A stretch of 64,000 bases of DNA from the NCBI GenBank assembly GCA_951406725.2, contig OX597824.1:11532001-11596000 (forward strand), read 5' to 3'. Position 1 is the first letter of the stretch. The number at the start of each line of letters is the position of its first letter. The notes under the pieces were generated by a model. The model was given only the letters and a program-made list of their open reading frames with translations, did not search any database and was not told where the DNA came from. Of this stretch, positions 39,594 through 52,046 are shown in pieces. Source of the stretch: Octopus vulgaris. Taxonomy: Eukaryota. The position numbers and the translations under genes are program-made.

Positions 39594-40217
39594 TGCTTAG
39601 CTTACCAGGGCTACACAACAACAATCATAATGGCTGGAGTTGAATTACATTGATATCATCAGTCTGAGAGGATCTGCAAGGATGATGAGATCTTTCCCTC
39701 TCTGAATTCCTACACTGACTCGTGGAGGAGAGATACAGCCAGTATATATATGGTTGGTTCTTATTCTATTGACTCCTTCATTATTGTGGTGGAAGACTAA
39801 GTTGATAGTGATAAAATTTGAACTCAGAACATAAAGAGATGTAACTAAATACTGCTAACTTAGTGCTCTATCTTTACTACTCTGGCATCTTACTCATATA
39901 AAATAATAATACATAATAATAAAATTTTTTTTTAAATTAGTAAAATACTCTCTCCGCATTAATAGAAACCCAAAGATTATCAGGTTCATCTTCACAAGTA
40001 CTTTTCACTTGGCTCTCATTATAAACCGTGTTAAACATACATACTTAAGGTCCACTATACATACCGTGTTACAGATCCTAGTACGCATATAGCAGCTCTG
40101 TTTTATAAATAACAAATAGACATACCGTTACTCAAATCTACACACACACACACACTCACCTCCTATATATACTAAGTTGTTGTCCCTGCCCACCCTGTTA
40201 TTTGGGTTTTGGCATAC

Positions 40218-40344
40218 TCATGTCAGTCGGTGACCCTTTGACCCTGCATAAATTTCTATTGCATAATATAATTTGTACCTAAACACACACAGATGACACG
40301 TTGGAACAGTTGTAGTCTGTTGAACTGAATATAGTAAACATTTC
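40218..40344 (-). CDS. Candidate stop-containing exon with two in-frame phase 2 acceptors (40344 and 40278), ending (R)YKLYYAIEIYAGSKGHRLT*
   Basis: Acceptors tcggtttgcag|G and gtgtgtttag|G; donors gtatgc (directly after the stop) and GAG|gtgagt at 40160. Confidence 0.3.
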
Positions 40345-40700
40345 CTGCAAACCGACAATGGGATAAAATGCAATGCCAAAGCTGACTGACAGGACTTGAA
40401 CTCGGTCATTAATCAACGAAATTAATTACTGTTCAGCACATTACCACCTGTGCCACCCTGAAATTAATTTTAGGAGATGGTGGATAGTTACCTGATTATA
40501 TATGATTTATGTTTGCACATTTTAGAAATAATTACAGATTGAAGTTGAAGATTCATATTACATATTTAAGAGGATTAATAGTGTGTTGATTAGTTGTCAT
40601 TAGTCATGTTAATGCAACATCTTACAAGAAGCAAATTATCAACTCCATATATGTTTTCCCAGTGCAGCATAACAAATGAGCTCGCTAGGTATTACATCAC

Positions 40701-41113
40701 GGATCTTTTCGGTTTGACCGGCAGTTTTTTAAAATAATTTCCACGTAACTAAACACTTTTAAACTTCGTATACTGGTAGAATGTGTTTATAAAACATCTT
40801 TTTCTCTTGGCTTTATTGAAAAAATTCTATGGTTTGTAAGATATTTGTTGTTTTTTTTTTCTTCAATTTCTGCAATTTCAACCAATCAATGACGTCTATT
40901 GAGGTGAAAACATTCTGTGCCGTATGAATATGTCCCTTGTTTAAGAAGCAGATTGGGTTTATTTACATTTGTGAAGAAAAAAAGATACCCTTCCCCGCAC
41001 CCCTAACCCTAAAACAGATTGAAATGCAATAGATCGATACTAGAGTCATAATTATGGGTGACAATTTCATATGACACCGCTAGAAAAAACTGCCGGTCAA
41101 ACTGAAAAGATCC
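40701..41113. mobile_element. Second copy of the 8-bp-TSD MITE
   Basis: GGATCTTTTCGGTTTGACCGGCAG ... CTGCCGGTCAAACTGAAAAGATCC; TSD TACATCAC at 40693-40700 and 41114-41121. Confidence 0.85.
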
Positions 41114-42019
41114 TACATCACAGTTAAAGAAACACCAATGTAGCTGCTGTTGTTTTTGTTGTTTTGCCATGATTAATCCTTCTGTCACCAACCCAGCTGA
41201 AACTGGCTCTGGTTCTGTAGTACAAATGTCTTGTTTCCATAAGTTTTGAATTAAAATCTTCCACCAAACCTTAGTCACAATTTATGTTCCTAACACTAGC
41301 TTAATGATAACTAAATTATTTTACTAAATGCTTTGTTACATTTAAAGTAACTGAAAAAAAGTACAGAGCATCTCAAAATAAATACAGTTACGATAGGGTT
41401 AAACAGGCCTATAACCAAAGAAGTTCCATCCAATGATAAGTCACGTCTTTTATTCAGACAGCATATCTAACACTACATCAGCTATGCCCTTTTAAGATGA
41501 GGCTTGACAGCTATCTTTAGCAGTTTAAGTGACCATGTAGAAACTTCCTTCACTGGCTCAGCAGCAGCCACGGTAACTCAATTCAATAATTTTAACGAGC
41601 AATGTTAATTTCTATCACTACAAATATTGTACTTAGACATTACAAAGTCAAAGACAACTGCTTTCATGAACATTGATTGATGTAGTCCTAGATACAGAAT
41701 GCCTTAAATAAATATAAAATGGTCAAGGCTAGAATGCTTTTGACCACAGAGTCTACTACATAAGGGATTATCTGGGCTAAATCATAACCAATGCCTATTT
41801 CTTTACTACCCACAAGGGGCTAAACACAGAGAGGGACAAACAAGGACAGACAAACGGAATAAGTCGATTACATCGACCCCAGTGCGTAACTGGTATTTAA
41901 TTTATCGACCCCGAAAGGATGAAAGGCAAAGTTGACCTCGGCGGAATTTGAACTCAGAATGTAACGGCAGACGAAACACGGCTACGCATTTCGCCCAGCG
42001 TGCTAACGTTTCTGCCAGC

Positions 42020-42107
42020 TTAACCAATACCATTATTCTTAACCACTAGGATTCTTTCTCTCTCATTTACAGATGTTCGTTTCCCAATATATTTTGAATA
42101 CTTGAAT
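42020..42107 (-). CDS. Candidate exon, phase 2, (R)FKYSKYIGKRTS..., either terminal or 37 nt with a gtaaat donor
   Basis: ~60-nt AG-free pyrimidine tract ending cacacttaag|A; UG-rich tract and TGCATG upstream at ~42225-42300. Confidence 0.35.
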
Positions 42108-42719
42108 CTTAAGTGTGTGGGGGTGAAAATAAAGAAAAAGAAAAATATAGAAATAAAAATAAGGAAAATCAAATGTAATATTAAAAAATAATAAATATTC
42201 AGAAATATATGCATAATTTACAGATTGCGGCACAACATGCAACAACAAAAAACAAACAGCAAAATTAATTAGGGTGAATTGATTACAACACACACACAAA
42301 TAATAACTAGTGAAATAATAAGGAATAAGATGACACAATCAGCAATAATACTAGATAAGAACTTCATTCTACCATGGATATTTTCTACAAAATCTAAAAT
42401 TAAGCAGAATGGTTACAATGTTTTCTCTCGCCAATATGCCCACCCTATACTTGCAGCGTTGGGTAGGGAAAAAAATTTTTTTTTTATTTTAATATAATAT
42501 TCAGAAAGATGATAAAATATAATCAGAGCAAAGTTTGAATCTACAAAATGAGCTGTTTCATCTCTATTCACCATAAGGTGTCTTTATTCCTGGATATCTA
42601 TGTCTATATTTCAATCAGTTTGGTCCTCAAGTGTCATTGGATATCTTATTCTTGGATATGTACATAATCACCGATACCTAGTATGATGAATTCAATTTAA
42701 GTGAAATACGTTTAGTAAA

Positions 42720-43070
42720 TTCTGTTGTGTCTGGGGAGAATCATTTTCTTTTTGTACCTTATATTATAACACAAACACACCGGAAAAATTCCACTTTTTT
42801 CTTATTTTTATTTTCCTAAAATTTTGTTGCATCTTGCAACCTTTTCAATAGTTTTGACTCAAAACTCAATAGTTTAGAGTCAAAACTATTGAAAAGATTG
42901 CAAGATGCAACGAAAATTTTAGGAAAATAAAAATAAGTAAAAAGTGGAAATTTTACTGGTGAGTGTGTTACATTATAAGGCACAAAAAGAAAATGACTTT
43001 CCCAAGACACAACAGAATATGCTTCAACACACGAACTCATATAAAGAATCTTGCAAACCAAATCCAAAAA
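42720..43070. mobile_element. Palindromic Penelope-type insertion with ~140-bp arms
   Basis: 12-bp TSD ACGTTTAGTAAA at 42708-42719 and 43071-43082; inverted arms 42720-42860 and 42877-43018; related palindromic copy at ~46110-46300. Confidence 0.75.
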
Positions 43071-43735
43071 ACGTTTAGTAAAGTTTTATCCTAATACACC
43101 AATGGCAAATGTAGAGCAGTTTTATCAATAAAAAACATTATTATTGCTACCTCAGAAATAACGATACCTTATTTAAATCCAGTCAGTTATTATGTACATC
43201 ACAAGACACCTGTTGATGACTGACGTTCAAACTGATCAAAATATAGTGTAGAAGATGACAAACTAGTACAAGTTTGTACAAGTGTTGGTACTATTTAATA
43301 AATGTAGATGCTAAAGACGAGATTAATAGTTTGGAAAATAATGATGTTATTATAACTAAGTTTGCTTAACCTTATATGTCCATCAGTCTGAAGAGCTCTA
43401 ACGAGCAGACTGTGTGTTTCTATTAATTTTAAATATAATCAAAATGTTGGAAGGCTGTAGTAGAATATCTAACTTTATTCATTTGTTGTTTCATCACCCA
43501 CCACTCGTGTCAATGCTGATCAAAGAGACCTCTCTTTAAAAGCCTTCTAGCTGTGTAATTACCCCATATTTTCTTTTTTTTTTTTTTAGACATATATGTA
43601 GGATTACATAATCTAATAAGTCATTCCTTTAAGACGGTAGCTATTATTTCTAATAGGTCAAGTAACCATGTACAGGTTCTTTTGCCAACTCATATATTGA
43701 TAGCTTCAACATTAATATTGTTATCACTTTGATCA

Positions 43736-43930
43736 CTTTGACCGACCAGTCCGTCAGGTGTCCATTTGACACCGCTGGTCACAGCACGCTGTCCACTCCT
43801 CTCTGGATCGCGCCTTTCTCATCCACGTGATCCCAATCGTCCTCCTGAAATCATAACTCCACCGTCGTGGTGGTCTTTTCTGCTCACGCGGGTACCACTC
43901 GACAACTGCGTGCGTCCGCCGATTATCAAA
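43736..43930 (-). mobile_element. Young 5'-truncated RTE-clade LINE 3' end
   Basis: Translates DNRRTHAVVEWYPREQKRPPRRWSYDFRRTIGITWMRKARSREEWTACCDQRCQMDT*; (CAAAGTGAT)n tail; flanking duplication ATATTGTTAT(C)ACTTTGATCA at 43715 and 43981. Confidence 0.8.
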
Positions 43931-44383
43931 CTATAATCAGTCAGACAATGTACCAACAGGTCGAATGGTGATTGACAGTGATATTGTTATACTTTGATCA
44001 AAATCAAAACACTTTAACCCTTTTGATACCAACTCGACTAAAACTACCTCTAGCTCTGTAGTACAAATGTCTTGTTTTCTAAACTTCTGAATTAAAATCT
44101 TCAGCCAAACCTTAGTCACAATTTATGTTCCAACACTAGCTTAATGATAACTAAGTTATTTTACTAAATTCTTTGTTATATTTAAAATTAATTGAAAGAA
44201 ACACAGAACATCTCAACAGAAATATGGTAACAAAAGAGTTAACACAAGCAGTCTTGGGTGTATTAGTTATTAAAAGGATAAACATATCTACTTTCCCATG
44301 ATGACCACCACCTCTCATTAAACAACAACATCCCACTACTAATTACTGGATTCCTTTATTGCTTATCTCTACATTTTAACACT

Positions 44384-44455
44384 TTCCATTAATCCAGTGG
44401 TTAGGATTCCTGGTTTTCATCCAGGAAGCCCAGGGTTCGATTCCCAGCAAAGGAA
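44384..44455 (+). pseudogene. tRNA-Glu(TTC) pseudogene
   Basis: D stem ATCC/GGAT, anticodon arm CCTGG-TTTTCAT-CCAGG, T loop GGGTTCGATTCCC; acceptor stem shortened and mismatched, T-stem mismatch, no T-run terminator. Confidence 0.75.
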
Positions 44456-45568
44456 TGTTACATTAGGTGAAGGTATGGCTGTATTGTAAGAAGCTTGCTT
44501 CCCAACCACAAGGATTCAGGTTCAGTCCCACTGCAGGGCACTGTAGGCAAGTGTCTTCTACTATAGCCCTGGCCAACAACCAAAGCCTTGAGAGTGAATT
44601 TAGATGGAAACTGAAAGAAGTCCATCACACACACATATATATATATATATATAAAATCATCATCATTTAACGTCCGTTTTCCATGCTAGCATGGGTTGGT
44701 TGGTTCGACTGGGGTCTGGGAAGCCAGGAGACTGCACCAGGCTCCAGTCTGATCTGGCAGTGTTTCTACAGCTGGATGCCCTTCCTAATGCCAACCACTC
44801 GGTGAGTGTAGTGGGTGCTTTTTACGTGCAATGGCCACGATCGGTTGGTGCTTTTTACGTGCTACATGTATATATACATGTATATATATATGCACGTAAA
44901 AGCACCATCCATTCGTGGCCATTGCCAGCCTCGCCTGGCCCCCGTGCTGGTGGCACGTAAAAAGCACCATCCGATCGCAGCCGTTTGCCAGCTCCGTCTG
45001 GCACATAAAAAGCACCCAGTACACTCACGGAGTGGTTGGCGTTACTGAAAAATGATGAGCTAACCCCATAGTAGCTTTCTCTCTGTAACTTACAAAGCCT
45101 TCCACACTTGTTCACAAATATTATATGTAGTTATATATATATAGATGTAGATATAACACACATACATGCATGCATGCATGTGTATATATCTTTGTGTTTG
45201 TGTCTGCCCACCCACCACATGACAACCAGTGTTGGTTTGTTTATGATTTTGTAAACTTTTTGGTTCAGCAAAAAAGACTAAAAGAATAAGTACCAGACTG
45301 AAAAAACAAAAAAAAAAACAAAAAAAGAAGAAAAAAACACCAGGATCAATTCGTTCAACAAAAGCAGTTGTAGCATGGCCTTAATCCAATGACTGAAACA
45401 AGTTTTAAAAAATTGAGAAAAAGTAAGAGATAATTGCACCACCACCATTCAATCATACTTTAATTACACCACCACCACCACCACCACCACACATCTTCAC
45501 TTAGATTAATTACACTCTAAACATTTCTGATTGCCCCCAAGGAGCACTTAAGGGCCAAATGATTAGTT

Positions 45569-45706
45569 CTAGCTCCGTGATGTGAAGTGAATGAGAGATG
45601 GTTGGTTGTTATGTGGATCCACCAAGACAATGGTTCTAAAAAGAAGCGAGCAGCATTGAAAATAGTGATTCATTGAAACCCTCACAAAGAACTGGTTTGA
45701 GGCAGT
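45569..45706 (-). CDS. Two candidate phase 2 terminal exons: 45682-45706 (R)LPQTSSL* and 45569-45635 (R)TIVLVDPHNNQPSLIHFTSRS*
   Basis: tactaat branch-like motif; acceptors ttgtttgcctcag|A and tgctgctcgcttctttttag|A; repeat-free island. Confidence 0.35.
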   Translation of the reverse strand, partial: TASNQFFVRVSMNHYFQCCSLLFRTIVLVDPHNNQPSLIHFTSRS

Positions 45707-45802
45707 CTGAGGCAAACAAGTTGCTTTTGTACAGTTTTAGAAGAGAAATACGCATTAGTATTAGGAAGAATTGTGGTGATTTTATTTTTCATTAAAAGAG
45801 TC

Positions 45803-45856
<54 letters not shown>

Positions 45857-48800
45857 TATATATATTACACACTGGTGCAATACTGTGATAATACCTAAAA
45901 GAGAAGCATTTTTATTTAATTTAGAGATCAGCCATAGCTGTGTGGTTAAGCAACTTACTTTGCAACCATGTGGTTCTGGGTTCAGTCCCACTGCATGGCA
46001 CTTTGGGCAAGTGTCTTCTATCAAAGCCTTGAGCCAACTGATCCTTGTAAGTGAATTTGGTAAATGGTAAAAGTGTAGAAGCCCATTGTGTGTGTGTATG
46101 TGTGTATTTCGTTTTTGTATTTGGTTTGCAAGATTCTTTATATGAATTCGTGTGTTGAAGCATGTTTTATTGTGCCCAGGGAGAGTCATTCTCTTTTAGC
46201 GCCTTATTAATTTAACACACTCATGAATGGAAATCAGACCGGTGACTGTGTTAAATTAATAAGACACTAAAAGAGAATAACTCTCCCCAGGCACAATAAT
46301 ATATATTCTGTAAATAATATTTTTAAAGCTTGTAAGTGATCACCATGTATTGACAAAAGAAAATAGTCCAATATTGGGGCATATAAGCCCTTAACGGGAA
46401 AAAGTGGGTTTTCTATATGCAGGGGACTTAAACCCACACCTCTATATATTTGCAATAAGTGTGCTGCCATTACACTAATGTAACCACTTGCTTCTTCTTA
46501 TTAGATTTATGAACTATATAATTTCACAGTGCTGTTTTTTAAACAAACAAGCATGCGCATTTTCTACAGTGATCTGAGAAGCAGTGGTGAGTGACAATTC
46601 TGTAAATAATATTCCATAAGCTGAGAGCTTATAAGCAATCACCATGGACTGACGAAAGAAAATAGTCAAATATTGGGGCATATAAGCCCTCAATGGAAAA
46701 CAAGAAGGTTTCTGTACGTGTATGTATATAAACATGTGTACCTCTGTTTTCCTCTTCCTACACTACATAACACAACAGTGCAGGTTTGTTTACATCCCCT
46801 CATTGATGTTCATGAGTAATTCAGCATGTACACCAATTTTGCACCTGGTTTTCTGTGCCTATCTGAGTTGGACAAGTTTTTTTTTTCCAGTACAAACTTG
46901 TCACATATTGCAGTCTTTTACCTCCTTTATGAGGTTCAACTTCTGGAGATGAACATTCACCACTTCTTATTTCTTTACTACCCACAAGGGCCTAAAGACA
47001 GAGGGGACAAACAAGGACAGACAAACGGATTAAGTCGATTACATCGACCCCAGTGCATAACTGTTACTTGATTTATTGACCCCAAAAGGATGAAAGGCAA
47101 AGTTGACCTCGGCAGAATTTGAACTTAGAACGTAATGGCAGACAAAATACCTATTTCTTTTACTACCCACAAGGGGCTAAACACAGAGGGGACAAACAAG
47201 GACAGACACACAGATAATTCGATTAGATCAACCCCAGTGCGTAACTGGTACTTAATTTATCGACCCCGAAAGGATGAAAGGCAAAGTCGACCTCGGCAGA
47301 ATTTGAACTCAGAACGTAACGGCAGATGAAATACCACAAAGCATTTTGCCCGGCGTGCTAACGTTTCTGCCAGTTCACCACCTTATTCACCACTTCTAGC
47401 TATGTCTTCCTGAATTTCCTTACAAACCGATTGCTTGGTACTCAACTGTCTTTTCTCTATCATACTACATTCTGATTTCTCTTATACCTAGTTTTTATTT
47501 TTCTCCCCCAGCTTATTTGTGCTGCCTTTTATACACACTAACATTATACATCTAACAAAGCATACACAACACATTTCTTTCATTACCATGAAACATCACA
47601 CAATCTGTCTTTCACCTGGAAAGAAAATTCTTTAGTTGCTAGTAAAGGTAGTAGCTTGGACTACACTATCTTGCATTCTTTCTTTTCTTTTTTTTTTAAA
47701 GATATGGTGAGATCTGTAAGCTGAATAACCACAGTCTCTTCTCAAATGACAACAAACTCTCCAAATTTTTTATTTAGAATTTTTCATGTTTTAACTCTCC
47801 AAGCAGCTATCTTCTGCAAACCAGTAAAAATATTATCAAAGAATTTATATCTAAAGATAACTAATATAAAGACAATATTTAGTTAATAATTAAAGGTCTT
47901 AACATCATGACAATGCATTTGATAATGAAGGAAAAAAAGCTATAACAAAACTGCAAGCTTTGTGTTGGATAAGGATAAGCAAAAAAAAAAAAAAAAGAAA
48001 CTACTCCATGACTCTGACGCAGGTCAAATTATATTTCTGTAATGACTTTACACTATGATAAATCGAATTTGATATTTTTTTAACCAAACCTCATTAACTG
48101 GCAATAAAAAGATATTTTGATTTAATCAAAACATAAAACTGAGATTAAAAGCTTTAGTAATTTTCCAAAGAGATCTCTCCATAGTGCTTCTTACTGTTAA
48201 TCTGAAGTCAAAGTTTAATTTTACATTAACCTTGATTGAGCTAGCATATGATCAATGGCATTCCAGTTGTGATATTCCACTCTCTAAGAGGTATCTTTTA
48301 TTTTTTTATCGTTTACTTGTTTCAATCATTGGACTGTGGCTATATTGGGGCACCACTGGTTAGCTTTGCTGAGAGCCACTAGGTTATGGCAGAGAAACAA
48401 ATCAACACCGATTTATCAAGTAATGTAGGGGGGTGGGGCACAAATACAAAGACACACACAATGGTCTTCCACACAGTTTCCATCTACCAAATTCACTTGC
48501 AAGGCATTGGTTGGCCTAGGGCTATAGCAGAAGACACTCTAAGTGCTGTACATTGTAACTGAAAGTGAAACTACATGGCTGCAAGGTGAGCTTCTTAACC
48601 ACACAGCTATAAGTATTTAGAATAATATTAAATATAAATAGAGGCGGTGAGCTGGCAGAAACGTTAGTACGTTGGGCAAAATGCATAGCTGTGTTTCGTC
48701 TGCCATTATGTTCTGAGTTCAAATTCCACCGAGGTCGATAAATTAAGTAACATTTACGCACTGGGGTCGATGTAATTGACTTAATCCGTTTGTCTGTCCT

Positions 48801-49893
48801 TGTTTGTCCCCTCTGTGTTTAGCCCCTTGTGGATAGTAAGGAAATAGGTATTTAGAATTATATTAAGTAAAGGCAATGAGGTGTAATTTGAAACAAATTT
48901 GGCTACTATATCTAGCATGTTAAATAACCATGCAAAGCCACCCTTGTTGATTCACTCATCTGCATGTGGCCAATGTAGTTTCCATACTAGTTAGAAGTGT
49001 AACTGATTTTGCTTTAAATCAGCTCTGCTGCCAAATCATTAATATACTATGAATACAAAGTGTGTGGACCTAAAAAGCACAAATTTATTTGGATTAAATT
49101 TTGTATGCTTAGGTACTTTATGTTTTCACCCTTTAGCATTCAGATTACTATGTCAAATGTAATGTTTATTTATTCACATGGTTTTGAATCGACCATGCAT
49201 TATTAAGTAGCTTTAAGATTTTGATGATGTGGTTGCTCATTTTCAGAATGACTTTGCAAGATAGGTGTTAGAGGTTAGATCTAACCAGTTTAAGCATAAA
49301 AGCATAACACAGGTAGAATATTTGGGTCAGAAATATGTTGAAATGGGTTTAAATGCTAAAGGGTTAATAAAAACAAAAGCAAGATGTGGTGATAAAAAAA
49401 TCAAGTGATCAGGGATATTCCTCGTCTTTGAGGATTTTCAGAATTCTTGGTCAAGTTGTTGAAACTATACAATTTGACTAATTCACCTAAATTGATACTG
49501 GTGACATTATTTGATGTCACAGGGTCATTAATGGTCAAAGTGGATTCAGAAGGTCATGGGAAACCAAACATAGAAAATAATTTGGTAACATGGAATTGCA
49601 GCATTCATAAACATTGTTGTGCACTTGGAATTAATTTTTTACCATTTTGAGATTGTTTGCAATTATCTCAGATTATGGCATAATTTCTACGTTTAATTTA
49701 TTGATTGCAGCAAAGCAAATTTCAACATAGAAGAGGTGCAGGTATGATAGTGTGGCTAGAAATTTGCTTCCCAATCACATGGTTTTGAGTTCAGTCCAAC
49801 AGCATGGCACCTTGGGAAAGTGTCCTCTAAGGCCCCAAGCCAACTAAAGCCTTGTGAGTGGATTTGGAAAACAAAAACTAAAAGAAGCACATG

Positions 49894-49950
<57 letters not shown>

Positions 49951-51499
49951 TCCTTGCTTCAACTTCACACAATAGTTGTAAATGAGTTCCACCATCATGT
50001 AAGTGGTGTCCTTTTGCAATCTTCCAAAAACATCTTTCATGGGGGAAATACCACCTTACTCGACAACAAGCAAGGCTTGGTGACAGGAAGGGCATCCAGC
50101 CATAAAAAATCCCTCTCAACAAATTCCATCTAACCCATGCAAGAACAAAAATGTAGATGTTAAGATGACGATGAAGAGTGTAAAATCATGGAATAGAAAT
50201 CACTACGGAAACGGGATGAAATCTACTTATGGTAGGTTGGGGGGTAATATTTGTGTTTTATGAATCAGGTTGATGTTTTGTGAGGAAGTTGTAGAGAGCA
50301 AGAAGGATAGATAAGTAAATCTAAAACACCATTTATTTAACAATATAGTCAATATACAATAAAGTATGAATATATATCAAAGCGAAAAGTAGTAGAACTA
50401 GATTCGTTTTATAGTACATACTGGTGATTCATCGATTTATTATTTAATTACAAAACTAACAGACATGTTTATCAACATCATTATCATCACCATCAATATC
50501 ACTTCTGATGATATAATTAAGCAATAACAATCAACTAATGAAGCATTAACGTTAAAAAAAAAACAATTTTTAACTGACAAATGTTTGAATAAATTTTCAT
50601 TTGTACATTTTATGTCCATTTTTTTCTCCATAGTAGCAAGGATCAGATGATATGCTATTGAGGCATTGTTTTACGGTCAGATACCATTCCTGGCATTAAC
50701 CTTTACCCGTTTTTCAAGTAAGAGGTCTCTTATTCCACACACTTTCAAAAGGTACAAAGTGAGTGGACGATTTGCTGACAGGAAAACTAACATCACCACT
50801 CATAGGTTGTAACTTTGATAGAAGTGAGCACAAATACAAACACACATGCACATGTGTGTATAAGAGGGGGGGGAGAGGAGAGTTTCTGTGTAATGTTTCA
50901 GTTTGTCTACCAAATCCACTCATATGGCTTTGGTTGGCCAGGGGCTATAATAGAAAACATTCGTCCAAGGTGCCACACTGTTGGACTAAACCCAGAGTTT
51001 TGTTTTTACTTATTATTTATATTTTTTTTAATGATATTATGAAAGTATAATAGCTGTTACTATGCTAGTCTATTGATTTTAGGTTCAATCCCTACAAACA
51101 ATACAATAAGCTCTTAAGCAAGAAGATTTGCTTGACTCCAGTCTACACAGCTGAAAATAGTAACTGTTCCCACTTCATGGCTGGGTGGTTAGCATTAGGG
51201 AAGGCATTCAACTGTAAAACACATTTATATAATTCATCACAGAATCATCAAATTCATTCAAGTGTGGAAAACAAATATATAAAATTATTACAAAATAGAA
51301 TATATAAAAGATAATTTTGGCTTCATTAATAGAGATTAAAAGACTCCAGATTTAATTGTATCGAAAATGAAATAAAATAAAATGTAGCTCTTTTGTAACC
51401 CTTTGCCCATTGGCTTTTGCCTTTTATTTCAGAACTATAAACTAGATCCCAATGCCAGTCAAACCATCATGCTGAGCTCTTGTGACCAAGTTTCTACTA

Positions 51500-51620
51500 A
51501 TCTTACTTAGTCTTCTCTTAATCTCTTTCTGTAGCCGTGTTGCAATAGTCTGGAACAACCATTCCAGTTTATGAAAGCAATCACTGAGATTGAAAACAAA
51601 TATTGATTTCTTAAGTATTC
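51500..51620 (+). mobile_element. Ancient CR1/L2-type LINE ORF2 C-terminal remnant
   Basis: ttc tgt agc cgt gtt gca ata gtc tgg aac aac = FCSRVAIVWNN, resembling the FFSxRVVxxWNxLP motif. Confidence 0.4.
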
Positions 51621-52046
51621 TAAGACCTCAGATGCATAGGGGAGAGAAAATGAGATTATGCAAAATTCTCAAAAGCACCAGTGATATAAGAGAAATGAAA
51701 TGGCTATAACTGGAAATTGAACTTGGATCAAATACACACACATACACATATTTCCTGAGGGCTTAACTCTAGTCAACCATGCTTTTCCACACTTACAATA
51801 CATTAAGTCATTTTGACCAGACACAAAAACAATTCTATTAAAAGAAAGATACGATTCGCTAAATTCTCTCCAGTAATTTACTTCTATTTATTTTACAGGT
51901 GTGGATGTGTGGTAAGGAGTTTCCTCCCAACCACAAGGTTTTGAGTTCATTTCCATTGCATGGCACCTTAGTGAGGCATTTACTATAGCCTGAGGCCAAC
52001 CAAAGCTCCATGAACGAATTTAATAAACAGAAACTGAAAAAAGTAT

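Noticed and set aside
43383-43415. Hammerhead-like CTGAAGA-GCTC-taac-GAGC
   Set aside because: No GAAA core after stem II; at most a decayed relic. The same applies to TGACGA...CGAAA at ~5796-5820.
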